This document shows positions 17,715 to 26,334 of a DNA stretch of 32,000 bases, in pieces. The notes under the pieces were generated by a model. The model worked only from the letters and a program-made list of their open reading frames with translations, made no database searches and had not been told where the DNA came from. Made by a program: the position numbers and the translations under genes. Source of the stretch: an archaeon (GTDB taxonomy: Archaea > Iainarchaeota > Iainarchaeia > Iainarchaeales > 1-14-0-10-31-34); NCBI GenBank assembly GCA_024277355.1, contig JAJRVL010000011.1, positions 30,001-62,000 of the forward strand. The letters are read 5' to 3'. Each line of letters begins with the position of its first letter. Within the stretch, counting starts at the first letter, position 1.

Positions 17715-18270
17715 GAGAAAATGCTCGGCTGAGCAAAGCGAATGCCGTGCACCGTCACACCCGAGCGGAATCGGGTCGCGAGCGAAATCGCGAGGGCAGT
17801 CAAGTTTAATTGATTTAGTTATTGGGTTTTTTATTTTTGCTTTGATTCTTGCTTCAATTATGGGAACTATAAATAAAAATACAAAAGATTTCACTAGAAA
17901 TTCAGAAATAGATGAAATAAATCATGATTCTTTTTTTTCAGTAAAAGAATTAACTGAAACAAAAGGTTTTCCTGAAAACTGGGAAATATTAGATGAAAAT
18001 TCAGTTGAAAAAATAGGTTTAATTGAAAGGAGAAATACAATAAGTGAAGACAAAGTTGTTGCTTTTTCTAATATGACTTACAGCAAAACAAAAGAACTAC
18101 TTAAAATAGAAGGATATGATTATTATTTTGTATTAAACGGAGTAGATAATATTACTGCAGGAATAAATCCTGTTGGGCAAACAAAATATTCAATTATTAC
18201 TAAAAGAATTGTAAATTATAAAGGAAGTGAAGCTGAAATTGAATTCAGATTATATGAACTCTGGGAATAA
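17701..18270 (+). CDS. Pilin-like protein with an unusually long (33-aa) leader
   Basis: A pilin-type core SRG|QSSLIDLVIGFFIFALILASIMG is preceded by MKIFKRKCSAEQSECRAPSHPSGIGSRAK. The only in-frame start is TTG 17701. The leader is encoded by the GC-rich island. Confidence 0.6.
   Translation: MKIFKRKCSAEQSECRAPSHPSGIGSRAKSRGQSSLIDLVIGFFIFALILASIMGTINKNTKDFTRNSEIDEINHDSFFSVKELTETKGFPENWEILDENSVEKIGLIERRNTISEDKVVAFSNMTYSKTKELLKIEGYDYYFVLNGVDNITAGINPVGQTKYSIITKRIVNYKGSEAEIEFRLYELWE
17722..17800. other. GC-rich island with two tandem 6-bp-stem hairpins
   Basis: Hand count gives 51/79 G+C, against 14/60 in the next 60 nt. Hairpins are ACCCGA-GCGGAA-TCGGGT (17759-17776) and TCGCGA-GCGAAA-TCGCGA (17776-17793). 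An alternative long-range pairing is GCTCGG (17723-17728) with CCGAGC (17761-17766). Confidence 0.6.
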
Positions 18271-20974
18271 AGGATTTACTTTTACTTTAGATTCAATTCT
18301 TGCCTTGCTTATAGTTTCAGGAATAGTTATTTCTTCAGGATTATTTTTTACTGAAGAAAAAACTGAAATTAATTTAAGCCAGGAATTAAATGATTCATTT
18401 AATGCAATGGAAGAAACAGGTTATTTGATTAGTCAAGTGGATACAAATGTTTCTGGTTCAGCACAAAATATTTACAATAAATTAATTGGTTTTTTTCCTG
18501 ACAGAATTGACTTTAATGTAACTGTAAAAGAATTAGACTTAAATAATACAAACTGCAGAGCAACACCAACTTTTAACGGCTGTTTTACTGATTCAAATGA
18601 ATTTACTTTTGGTTCAAGTGTTCCAACAGACAAAACAATTTTTTATGGAAAAAAATTAATAATAAAAAAACAACCTCCAGGAGAATGCGATACAAATATG
18701 CTTGGATTAGCAGAATATCCTTTTACATTTTATGAAAAAAACGATATCTTGTTTTTTGCGGGATCTGGAGATTTAAATTTTGTTTTTGATGTAAATGTAA
18801 CTCCTTCAACTGAAATTGAATGCGACCAGAACATTACAATAGATTTAAGTGCAGCATTTCCTCCGGGTTATAGAAGACCTGTGGACATAATGCTTGTAAT
18901 AGACAAAAGCGGTTCAATGAGCTGGGGGGGAAGATATGATACAAGCAGTGCAAGAGGAATAGATTTAGATGGAAATTATGCATATATTGCAGATTATAGC
19001 AATGGAATAAGAAGTTTTGATATTAGTGTTCCTTTAGTTCCTCAGTATTTGGATAGATATGATACTTACAGAGCATATGATGTTTTTGTTGATGGAAGTG
19101 AAGCTTATTTGGCAGATTATTCATCTGGAATACGGTCAATTGATGTAAGCGATCCAAATAATATGAGTCAGGATGACAGAGTTGATTTATCTGTAAATTA
19201 TTCTTTTGGAATAACAGTTAATGGAAATTATGCTTTTGCAGGCAATGGTTCAAGAGGAGTTGATTCCTATGACATAAGCAACCCAAACAACATGAATCAA
19301 TTAGACAGATATAATACGCCTGGAACTGCAAGAGGAATTGATGCAAACGGAGACTATGTTTATGTTGCAGATGGAGGAAGAGGATTAAGAGTATTAAATG
19401 CCTCAGATCCAAATGATTTATCTAATGAAGATTCTTTGGATTTAGGAGGATATGCTTATGATGTAAGAAATGTTGGAGATTATGCTTTTGTTGCAAATGG
19501 TTCAAGAGGATTAGATATTTTTGATGTAAGTGATCCTTCAGACATCAGTTCAAGAGGGCGGTATAATACTGCTGGAACTTCTTATGGAATTGATGTTGTT
19601 GGAAATACAGCTTATATTGCTGACGGAGGAGGAGGATTATATTCAATTGATATTAGTGATGTTGACAATCCTTCTTTAATTAAGAGATATGATACTCCTT
19701 ATACTTATTATGATGTAAGAGTGAAAAATGGTTATGCTTTTATTGCAGCAGGAAACATGGGGTTAATTACTTTGGATTTAACTTCAGGAACAAAAATGGA
19801 TGCAGTTCATGCTTCAGCTAATGCTTTTGTTGACTTTAATGAATGGACTGATAATGATCAAATGGGAATTGCAAGTTTTAATACAAGTTCAACTTTGGAT
19901 TCACAATTACTAAAATTAGATGACACAAACAAAACACAATTGAAAAATGATATTAATGCAATAACTCCTGGCGGAGGAACAAACATTGAAGAAGGAATAA
20001 GAGAAGCAACAGATGAATTAATTTCAAGCAGAGCAGATCCTTATGCAATAAAATTTATGGTGTTGCTTTCAGACGGAGTATCAACTTCAGGAGATTCACT
20101 TGATGCAGCACAAGATGCAAATGCAGAAGGAATAACAATTTATACAATTGGATTTGGCGGAGATGTAAGTGAATCAGAACTGCAGAATATTGCTAATGCA
20201 ACTGATGGAAATTATTATTTTGCTTCAGATGCAAATACATTAATAGACATCTATAATATTATTGCAGATAAAATTCAGGCTCAAGCAACTGATTCAAATG
20301 TAACAATTGTTGTTCCAAGTAATGTAACAATAATTAATGACGGAAACGCATCAATAATTGACGGCAATTTAGTTTTTGATTCAGGAAATATTACTCCTGA
20401 TACTCCCTGGCAGGGAAGTTATATCATTAATATTCCTTGTGATTCAAATTTAAGCTGCGACACTGCTTCAATTACTTTTCCCGGCCAAGGAAGCTTTTTG
20501 TCTTATGTTGATGTAAACGGAGTAACACAAACAGTTGACTGGAATAGTTTTACTGTTCCAATTCCATTTAAGAAAAGAGACATTACAGTTGAAATTACTA
20601 GTGGAGAATTGTTATCTGAAACAGATATTTTTATTGATGTAAATGTATCAAATATTGGGGATTTAAATACCGGAACAACAGACTTAAATTTTTATTTAGG
20701 AAATGATTCAATCTGCAGTATTGGAGCAGGAAGAACTCTTTTGTCAAATCATTATTTAGTTCCGGAATTATGCGGAAGCAATGATGAAAACTGTTCTTTT
20801 TCTACAACGCTTTATTTGGATGAATATATGTTAAGTCAGGGAATAATTTGTGCTGAAGTTAATCCTGACAGAAATTTAAAAGAATGTCCAAATAATAATC
20901 TTGATTCAATTCACTGTTATTTAGCTCCAAAAACACAGTTTTATGTAATTGAATACAGAGGATGGATTAAATGA
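18254..20974 (+). CDS. Pilin-signal-bearing giant adhesin candidate: vWA domain interrupted by a seven-repeat LVIVD beta-propeller, plus CARDB-like C-terminal region
   Basis: The ATG at 18254 gives MNSGNKG|FTFTLDSILALLIVSGIVI, a prepilin-like N-terminus. vWA strand beta1 and the MIDAS DxSxS are in VDIMLVIDKSGSMS (D at 18902). Seven LVIVD-type repeats follow. The vWA then resumes (KMDAVHASANAFVDF, MGIASFNTSS, PGGGTNIEEG, MVLLSDGVSTSG, TIYTIGFG). The C-terminal ITVEITSG...IDVNVSNIGDLNTGTTDLNFYLG is CARDB-like. Confidence 0.85.
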   Translation: MNSGNKGFTFTLDSILALLIVSGIVISSGLFFTEEKTEINLSQELNDSFNAMEETGYLISQVDTNVSGSAQNIYNKLIGFFPDRIDFNVTVKELDLNNTNCRATPTFNGCFTDSNEFTFGSSVPTDKTIFYGKKLIIKKQPPGECDTNMLGLAEYPFTFYEKNDILFFAGSGDLNFVFDVNVTPSTEIECDQNITIDLSAAFPPGYRRPVDIMLVIDKSGSMSWGGRYDTSSARGIDLDGNYAYIADYSNGIRSFDISVPLVPQYLDRYDTYRAYDVFVDGSEAYLADYSSGIRSIDVSDPNNMSQDDRVDLSVNYSFGITVNGNYAFAGNGSRGVDSYDISNPNNMNQLDRYNTPGTARGIDANGDYVYVADGGRGLRVLNASDPNDLSNEDSLDLGGYAYDVRNVGDYAFVANGSRGLDIFDVSDPSDISSRGRYNTAGTSYGIDVVGNTAYIADGGGGLYSIDISDVDNPSLIKRYDTPYTYYDVRVKNGYAFIAAGNMGLITLDLTSGTKMDAVHASANAFVDFNEWTDNDQMGIASFNTSSTLDSQLLKLDDTNKTQLKNDINAITPGGGTNIEEGIREATDELISSRADPYAIKFMVLLSDGVSTSGDSLDAAQDANAEGITIYTIGFGGDVSESELQNIANATDGNYYFASDANTLIDIYNIIADKIQAQATDSNVTIVVPSNVTIINDGNASIIDGNLVFDSGNITPDTPWQGSYIINIPCDSNLSCDTASITFPGQGSFLSYVDVNGVTQTVDWNSFTVPIPFKKRDITVEITSGELLSETDIFIDVNVSNIGDLNTGTTDLNFYLGNDSICSIGAGRTLLSNHYLVPELCGSNDENCSFSTTLYLDEYMLSQGIICAEVNPDRNLKECPNNNLDSIHCYLAPKTQFYVIEYRGWIK
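18950..19789 (+). repeat. Seven tandem ~40-43-aa LVIVD-type repeats (coding, protein-level periodicity ~120-126 nt)
   Basis: Repeat cores are GNYAYIADYSNGIRSFDIS, GSEAYLADYSSGIRSIDVSDP, GNYAFAGNGSRGVDSYDISNP, GDYVYVADGGRGLRVLNASDP, GDYAFVANGSRGLDIFDVSDP, GNTAYIADGGGGLYSIDISD and NGYAFIAAGNMGLITLDL. Confidence 0.8.
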
Positions 20975-21930
20975 AAAATAAAGGAATCTTTTTTCTTTTA
21001 ATGGGATTAATTCTTTCTCTTTTAGTTTTGGGTTTTGGATTTAAAATAAACCAGCAGTATCTTGAAGCAGAAAAAAAATCATTTAATTCAAATGCATTAC
21101 AACAAGTTAAAAACAAATACTCAAATATTAATTCAGTTAAAGACTTTTACAGAGAAGGAACAATAAAAACTTATTTTGAAAGAATTGTTCCGATTACTTA
21201 TTCGGTTGATGAAAATACAATAAGCATTACTCAACAGCTTCCGATAAAAAAAGCTTTAGTGCGAAATTTTTTTGATTTTGTTAATGCATTTGAAATTTTC
21301 ACTGAAACAACTGATTCATTAGTTTATGACGGAATAGATGTTGAAATTGAAACTGTTCAAAACAGTTTATGGGGAGGAACAGATGAAAACATTGTTTTAA
21401 TGATTAAACCTCAATGCAAAAAATATTCAATTACAGATTATAATTCAATGCATTTTTATGGTTCAAATGAATGCGACAATGCTTTTGATATCAGTTTAAT
21501 TGAAAGAATTGACATAAATATTACTGTAAGTTCAGATGATGATTTTAACAGATTATCCTGTAATTTCGGAGGCGATTTAGTCTGTTATCAGGAAACTTAT
21601 GTGCCTGCAAACCCAAATCCATTTATTGAAATAAACTTGATTGATTCAGCCTGCCCTAATTGCGATTTAAATTCAGATACAAGAACAATAAAAAAACATT
21701 TTACTCCTACTTCTGCAAACACAGTAATTTTTTCATGTTCAGGAACATGCACTTCTCTTCCAATAGAAATATTATTTAATGAAAATAATACTGAAATAAG
21801 GCATTCAGGAACAACAATAAGTGTTAAAACTGAATTTTTGTTTACAGACAAAATAACTGAATTTGAATTAAATGATTTAAACATAAGTTTAACTGACTCA
21901 AAATTTAGTATAACAAAAACAAATAAGTGA
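20971..21930 (+). CDS. Pilus-operon protein with N-terminal pilin-like hydrophobic segment; otherwise unknown
   Basis: N-terminus MKNKG|IFFLLMGLILSLLVLGFGF. Its ATG overlaps the upstream stop (ATGA). The mature part contains several Cys. Confidence 0.5.
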   Translation: MKNKGIFFLLMGLILSLLVLGFGFKINQQYLEAEKKSFNSNALQQVKNKYSNINSVKDFYREGTIKTYFERIVPITYSVDENTISITQQLPIKKALVRNFFDFVNAFEIFTETTDSLVYDGIDVEIETVQNSLWGGTDENIVLMIKPQCKKYSITDYNSMHFYGSNECDNAFDISLIERIDINITVSSDDDFNRLSCNFGGDLVCYQETYVPANPNPFIEINLIDSACPNCDLNSDTRTIKKHFTPTSANTVIFSCSGTCTSLPIEILFNENNTEIRHSGTTISVKTEFLFTDKITEFELNDLNISLTDSKFSITKTNK

Positions 21931-21934
21931 AAAA

Positions 21935-22996
21935 ATGAATGCCATGAATTTAATTTCAATAATTGCTTCAATAGCAATAATAATTGCAGTGTTTTTTGTC
22001 GCTAATGAAAACATTGTTAATTTTGAAAACACAAAAACACAAATAGAAATTCAATCAAAAGAAAACTTTGAACAAGGAGAAAATGCAGAATTTATAATAA
22101 ACATAGAAAGCGGAAAAGAAATAACAAAAATAATTTATATTTCTCCCACAAAAAGAGAAGAAAAAAATTGCGGAAAAAAAACATGCGTTTTGACTTTTAA
22201 GGAAATATTTACAGAAAAAGGAGTTTTTTTTATTGAAATAAAAGTTGAAATAGGAAAAGAAACATTCAGTGAAAAAAAGAAAGTTTATGTAAATGCCGCA
22301 GGAAAAAAATGTTCTGATGGAACTGCTTTTGGGTTATGCTCTTTAAACAAACCACAATACTGCAATAACGGCAAACTTGAATATAACTGTGAAAAATGCG
22401 GATGTGAACAAGGAGAATGCATTAATAATAAATGCAGTTATTCAGGAACAACTGAAATTACAGGAATTTCACTTGAAAGAACATTTTTTGAGCCAAATCA
22501 GGAAGTGAAAATTAATTTAAATTCAAAAGAAAATAGTTTAGTTAATGTTGTAATTGAATGGAAAAAAGACAATAAAACAGAAAAAACAGAAACAAAAAAT
22601 ACTTCATTAAATTATGTTCTGTCAGTTTCTCCGCCAAAAGAAGGAGTATATGAATTAAACTTAGTTTTTGAAGAAAAAGTTTTTTCAGTTGAAAACATAA
22701 CAATAAGAAATGACTCAACACCCCCAAAAACACCTGAAGGAATTATTGCAAGCAAAAGAAACGGAAAAATACTTATTGCATGGAATCCAAATACTGAAGC
22801 TGATTTAATGGAATACAGAATTTACAGGAGTAAAGAAGATAATCAGGCGTTTACAACTTATACTATGGCAGAAACTGCATCAAAAAATGAAACCGGGAAA
22901 GAACTTGAAATATGGTCAACAAATTATTTTTACATTACTTCAGTTGACTATTACGGCAATACATCAAAGCCAAGTGCAATAATTGAAGCAACGTGA
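21935..22996 (+). CDS. Membrane-anchored protein with an 8-Cys knot motif and a C-terminal fibronectin type III domain
   Basis: N-terminal TM helix (LISIIASIAIIIAVFFV). The Cys-rich block is CSDGTAFGLCSLNKPQYCNNGKLEYNCEKCGCEQGECINNKC. The FN3-like C-terminus is PPKTPEGIIASKRNGKILIAWNPNTEADLMEYRIYRS...YFYITSVDYYGNTSKPS. Confidence 0.6.
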   Translation: MNAMNLISIIASIAIIIAVFFVANENIVNFENTKTQIEIQSKENFEQGENAEFIINIESGKEITKIIYISPTKREEKNCGKKTCVLTFKEIFTEKGVFFIEIKVEIGKETFSEKKKVYVNAAGKKCSDGTAFGLCSLNKPQYCNNGKLEYNCEKCGCEQGECINNKCSYSGTTEITGISLERTFFEPNQEVKINLNSKENSLVNVVIEWKKDNKTEKTETKNTSLNYVLSVSPPKEGVYELNLVFEEKVFSVENITIRNDSTPPKTPEGIIASKRNGKILIAWNPNTEADLMEYRIYRSKEDNQAFTTYTMAETASKNETGKELEIWSTNYFYITSVDYYGNTSKPSAIIEAT

Positions 22997-23042
22997 AAAT
23001 TAAAAAGAATAAATAACTAAATATAACAACAGGTAATTAAAA

Positions 23043-24809
23043 ATGGAAAAAGAACAGCAGAAAAAAAATTTATTAATAAGCAAAATGCTTGAAGCAAAAA
23101 GAATAGAATTAGGAATCATAGAAAACCAGTTATTATACAAACTAAAAATTTTATTTAAAAAACCTGAAAAAACTAAAAGCCAAAAAATAAATGAACTAAA
23201 AAAAAGTCTTGAAAAAAAAGAAACAGACGAACTTGAATTAATGCTTGTTGAAAAAGAACACGCATTAATAAAACTTGAAACAACAGTAAAAGAAAAAAAA
23301 GACAAAGAAAAATTAAAAGAAGTAATAAAACTAGTTGAAAAAATAAAAAACAGTGAAGGCGAAAGAGGCAAAATAGGAATGGAAATAGGCTTAAAAAGAA
23401 AAGAAATAAAAGAACTCAAAAAAGAAGTAGAACAGAAATTAAAAGATATAACCAGAGAAAAAACTATTCTGACTCCAAAAAAGAAAAAAATTAAGAAAAC
23501 AGAAATAAAAAAAGGAAAAAAAACTAAAAAGAAAAAAGAAAAGAATTCTTCAACTCTTCTAAAAAAAAGAAAAAAAGAAAAAGTTTCAGGTTCATCCAGA
23601 AAATTAAAGAAAAAAACTAAAATAGAAATGAAAAAACCAAAAATTTCTTTTTCTTCACCTGAAGAAGAATTAAAAGCAAAAAGAGAACAAGAAGTAAAAG
23701 AAAAAAGGAAAAAAGCCATGGCTGCATTTCATCAGAATTTTACTTCAGGAAACGAAACTTTAATTAACATTAAAGGAAACGCTCAAATAGTTTCAGGAAC
23801 AAGAGGCACAGGAACAACAGGAATAAACAATAAAGAAACAGCAAAACAAACTGAATATGCTGAAAGCAGAAAAAATGAAGAACTTGAATTTGACATACAG
23901 AAAACAAAAGAAAAAATAAAGAACTTAAAATCCGCTTTTTTCCACAGACAAATAAATGAAGAAACATACAAGAAAAAACAGTTTGAATACCAAGAAGAAT
24001 TAAGCTCACTTGAAATGGAAAAAAAAAGGCCAAAAAAAAGAAGTTTTGCTCCTGTTCAAAAAACAGAATCTGTTTCAGCTTATGCAGGATTAAAAACAGT
24101 TCAGGATGAAAGCGTTCAGTTTGCAACAAAACACACTCAAAAAAGCAGAGCAAAAGTAAAAAATGCATTAAAGAGATTTAAAAAAGAATTTAATGCAGGT
24201 TCAAAAACAAAAGCCAATTTAGATTCCGAAGAAAAAACACGTGTTAAAACTGAACCAGAAGAAATAAAACCAACCGGAATAATAAAAAGACTTGCTCCTG
24301 GAACAAGCCAGGAAAAAGAAATGGAAATGGAAAAAAAGCTTTATAGGGTAATGCAAAAAAATCAGATTGACCAAAGCAGGATTAGAAGAGAATTTGAATT
24401 TGTTTCAGCTAAAGATTTAATGAAAAGGTTTGACAAAATACTTGATGTAATTGACAACAAGTATTCTCAAACAGAAAAACCTGCAGAAAAAGAAGAAAAG
24501 CCATTTGAAGAAGGATTGTATGTAACAAACAAACAAACTTCCCAAAAAACAGGAGAAATAAGAGACATAAAAGAAAAAATAATAGTAACTGATTTTGACA
24601 GATTACTTGAATTAGTAAATAAAAAAGGAAAAGTAAACGAAAAAGAAGCAGAAAAAACACTTAAATTAAGTCCAGAAAGAATAAAAGAATGTTATACTGT
24701 ATTAGAAAAGAATGACTTAATTAGAATAGAATACCCTATGTTTGGAGGAACACAAATTTTTTCAAAAAATTTTGTTGAACCAAAAAAAATTAAAAAGAAA
24801 AAAAAGTGA
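23043..24809 (+). CDS. Lys/Glu-rich coiled-coil or disordered protein with C-terminal winged-helix-like module
   Basis: 588-aa ORF in the pilus operon ending 4 nt before the ATPase gene. It is extremely K/E-rich. The C-terminal DFDRLLELVNKKGKVNEKEAEKTLKLSPERIKECYTVLEKNDLIRIEYP looks like a wHTH. Confidence 0.6.
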   Translation: MEKEQQKKNLLISKMLEAKRIELGIIENQLLYKLKILFKKPEKTKSQKINELKKSLEKKETDELELMLVEKEHALIKLETTVKEKKDKEKLKEVIKLVEKIKNSEGERGKIGMEIGLKRKEIKELKKEVEQKLKDITREKTILTPKKKKIKKTEIKKGKKTKKKKEKNSSTLLKKRKKEKVSGSSRKLKKKTKIEMKKPKISFSSPEEELKAKREQEVKEKRKKAMAAFHQNFTSGNETLINIKGNAQIVSGTRGTGTTGINNKETAKQTEYAESRKNEELEFDIQKTKEKIKNLKSAFFHRQINEETYKKKQFEYQEELSSLEMEKKRPKKRSFAPVQKTESVSAYAGLKTVQDESVQFATKHTQKSRAKVKNALKRFKKEFNAGSKTKANLDSEEKTRVKTEPEEIKPTGIIKRLAPGTSQEKEMEMEKKLYRVMQKNQIDQSRIRREFEFVSAKDLMKRFDKILDVIDNKYSQTEKPAEKEEKPFEEGLYVTNKQTSQKTGEIRDIKEKIIVTDFDRLLELVNKKGKVNEKEAEKTLKLSPERIKECYTVLEKNDLIRIEYPMFGGTQIFSKNFVEPKKIKKKKK

Positions 24810-24813
24810 TTAA

Positions 24814-26334
24814 ATGAAAGAAAAAGTTTTAGAAACATATAAAGTAAAATCAATTGAAACAGAAATAGAAGTAAATATTATTGAAAGAGAAAAAGAAGTA
24901 GTAAGAATTTATTTTTTAAATTTTCCTGAATTTGGAGCAGGAACAAAAGCCGTATTAAAAAATTTAAAAAGAAGCATTATAACTGATTCAACAATTCAGG
25001 CAGAAAAAATGATGGATCCTAATTTTGTTGATTCACTTAAAAGAAAATTTCAGGGAAGAGCAGAAAAAATACTTGAAAAAGAACTTCCAAATATAGCTGA
25101 AGGCTCAAAAAGTTTGTTAATAGGATTATTATTAGAAGAAATGCTTGGATTAGGCAAATTAGAGTTTTTATTAAATGACGGAAACATTGAAGAAATAGTT
25201 GTAAATACTGCAACTGAACCAGTATGGATTTATCATAAAGGATATGGCTGGCTGAAAACAAATGTTTTTATTACTCCTGAAAAAGAAATACAAAATTATG
25301 CAAGTATTATTGCAAGAAGAATTGGAAAACAAATTACAATATTAAATCCTTTGCTTGATGCACATTTAATTACAGGAGACAGAGCTAATGCAACTTTATT
25401 TCCTATTTCAAGCAAAGGAAACACTATTACAATAAGGCGTTTTAGAAGAGAACCATACACTATAACTGATTTTGTTGAAAACCGAACACTTAACACCGAT
25501 ATAATGGCTTTAGTATGGCTTGCAATGGAATATGAATTAAACATTATTTTTTCAGGAGGAACAGGTTCAGGAAAAACCACTTCATTAAATGTTTGTCTGC
25601 CTTTTATTCAGCCAAACCAAAGAATTTTAAGTATAGAGGACACAAGAGAACTTTCACTTCCAGAATATCTCCACTGGGTTCCATTAACTACAAGAGAACC
25701 AAACACTGAAGGAAAAGGCGAAGTAACAATGCTTAATTTATTAGTTAACTCTTTAAGAATGCGTCCAGACAGGCTGATTGTAGGAGAAATCAGAAGGCAA
25801 AGAGAAGCAGAAGTATTATTTGAAGCAATGCATACAGGACATTCAGCTTACACTACTTTTCACGCTAACACAGCAGAAGAAACAATCAGAAGATTAGTTA
25901 ATCCTCCAATTGAAATTCCAAAAACAATGCTTGATTCAGTTCACTTAAATATAGTAATGTTTAGAAACAGAAGATTAAATGTAAGAAGAGTGCTTCAGGT
26001 AGCTGAATATGTAACTGAAAGAAGAGGAGACACAGAAGAAGTAAAAGCAAATATTTTATATCGATGGAAAGGAGCAACAGATACAATAGAAAAACATTCT
26101 GAAAGCATTAGATTATTTGATGAATTAGGATTACATACAGGTTTAAGCAAACAGGAAATGAACAATGAATTAAAAACAAAAAAGAAAATTCTTGACTGGA
26201 TTACATCAAACAAAATTCGTTCAATACAGCATGTTGGAAGGATAATGGCAGATTATTATATGAATAAAGACAACATAATTGAATTAGCAGAAAAAAACAA
26301 AAAACCAGATTATATTTTTGAGGAGAAAAAATGA
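24814..26334 (+). CDS. Type IV filament assembly ATPase (FlaI/EpdL/TadA-like, T2SSE/VirB11 superfamily)
   Basis: Walker A FSGGTGSGKTT, Asp box ILSIEDTRELSLP, Walker B RPDRLIVGEIR and His box GHSAYTTFHAN, plus a ~230-aa FlaI-like N-terminal domain. Confidence 0.92.
   Translation: MKEKVLETYKVKSIETEIEVNIIEREKEVVRIYFLNFPEFGAGTKAVLKNLKRSIITDSTIQAEKMMDPNFVDSLKRKFQGRAEKILEKELPNIAEGSKSLLIGLLLEEMLGLGKLEFLLNDGNIEEIVVNTATEPVWIYHKGYGWLKTNVFITPEKEIQNYASIIARRIGKQITILNPLLDAHLITGDRANATLFPISSKGNTITIRRFRREPYTITDFVENRTLNTDIMALVWLAMEYELNIIFSGGTGSGKTTSLNVCLPFIQPNQRILSIEDTRELSLPEYLHWVPLTTREPNTEGKGEVTMLNLLVNSLRMRPDRLIVGEIRRQREAEVLFEAMHTGHSAYTTFHANTAEETIRRLVNPPIEIPKTMLDSVHLNIVMFRNRRLNVRRVLQVAEYVTERRGDTEEVKANILYRWKGATDTIEKHSESIRLFDELGLHTGLSKQEMNNELKTKKKILDWITSNKIRSIQHVGRIMADYYMNKDNIIELAEKNKKPDYIFEEKK

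Noticed and set aside
17722-17800. GC-rich island as a tRNA, hammerhead ribozyme or C/D-box sRNA
   Set aside because: There is no acceptor/T-arm cloverleaf and no GTTCRAATC-like T-loop. CTGAGCA does not fit the hammerhead CUGANGA core. GTGATTGA upstream is only a near-match to a C box, and the spacing to CTGA is wrong. It is kept as an unexplained structured element instead.
17583-17894. 103-aa minus-strand ORF spanning the GC-rich island
   Set aside because: It overlaps the ends of two well-supported pilin-like genes on the + strand and has no recognisable features. It stays open mainly because the GC-rich island lacks stop codons.
23000-24660. Minus-strand ORFs 23000-23719 (239 aa), 23770-24168, 23783-23971 and 24409-24660
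   Set aside because: They are antisense shadows of the Lys/Glu-rich gene. Their translations are Phe/Leu/Ser low-complexity strings, which is what the reverse complement of AAA/GAA-rich coding gives. They also have no start context or operon logic.
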